NCBI GenBank assembly: GCA_040880915.1
Contig: JBBEEF010000239.1
Coordinates: forward strand, 17,867-53,353
Origin: Pirellulales bacterium
Lineage (GTDB): Bacteria > Planctomycetota > Planctomycetia > Pirellulales > UBA1268
Direction of reading: 5' to 3'
Length of the DNA stretch: 35,487 bases
The first letter of the stretch is position 1; each line of letters begins with the position of its first letter. Below, in pieces: positions 35,385-35,487 of the stretch. The notes beneath the pieces were generated by a model. That model was not told the origin of the DNA, searched no databases, and worked only from the letters and a program-made list of their open reading frames with translations. A program made the translations under genes and the position numbers.

Positions 35385-35487
35385 TCCTCGGGCGCTGATG
35401 CCCCTCACGATCGGAGCCTCCCGGGATTTCAGCAGCCGGGTAATCGCGGCCCCCGCCTGTGCAGCATAGAAGCCCCCAGCGCGAGCT

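Overview
This is a GC-rich bacterial chromosomal window. Its gene content points to Planctomycetota: a DUF1559 protein, secreted PQQ-like beta-propellers, MoxR next to a DUF4159 protein, and many long spurious antisense ORFs. I support about 31 protein genes and one tRNA.

Housekeeping genes: hisS, recJ, glmS, prfC, tRNA-Pro(CGG) and an RluA-type pseudouridine synthase.

Accessory genes: immediately after tRNA-Pro sits a cluster with vapBC, arsD-arsA divergent from acr3, and two spermidine-synthase-like methyltransferases at its edges. Elsewhere there are a SulP/STAS transporter, an LssY_C protein and NIPSNAP.

Most unusual observations:
1. A ~3.35 kb cargo segment (31000-34348) is bracketed by a perfect 230-bp direct repeat that duplicates the 3' end of a membrane-protein gene. 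Both edges cut through coding sequence, and no recombinase is present. The cargo is NIPSNAP, a non-pilin DUF1559 protein and a DUF4160/DUF2442 pair.
2. An H-NOX (heme-NO/O2 sensor) domain is fused directly to a Hanks-type Ser/Thr kinase.
3. A stand-alone Hen1-type RNA 3'-terminal 2'-O-methyltransferase lacks both its N-terminal half and a Pnkp partner.
4. Several short tandem or palindromic DNA motifs occur, including GGGGACAGTCCCC both at the moxR 3' end and 12 bp from the insertion junction.

I cannot show a complete novel multi-gene system from sequence alone. The candidates above are ranked by how hard they are to explain with ordinary annotation.
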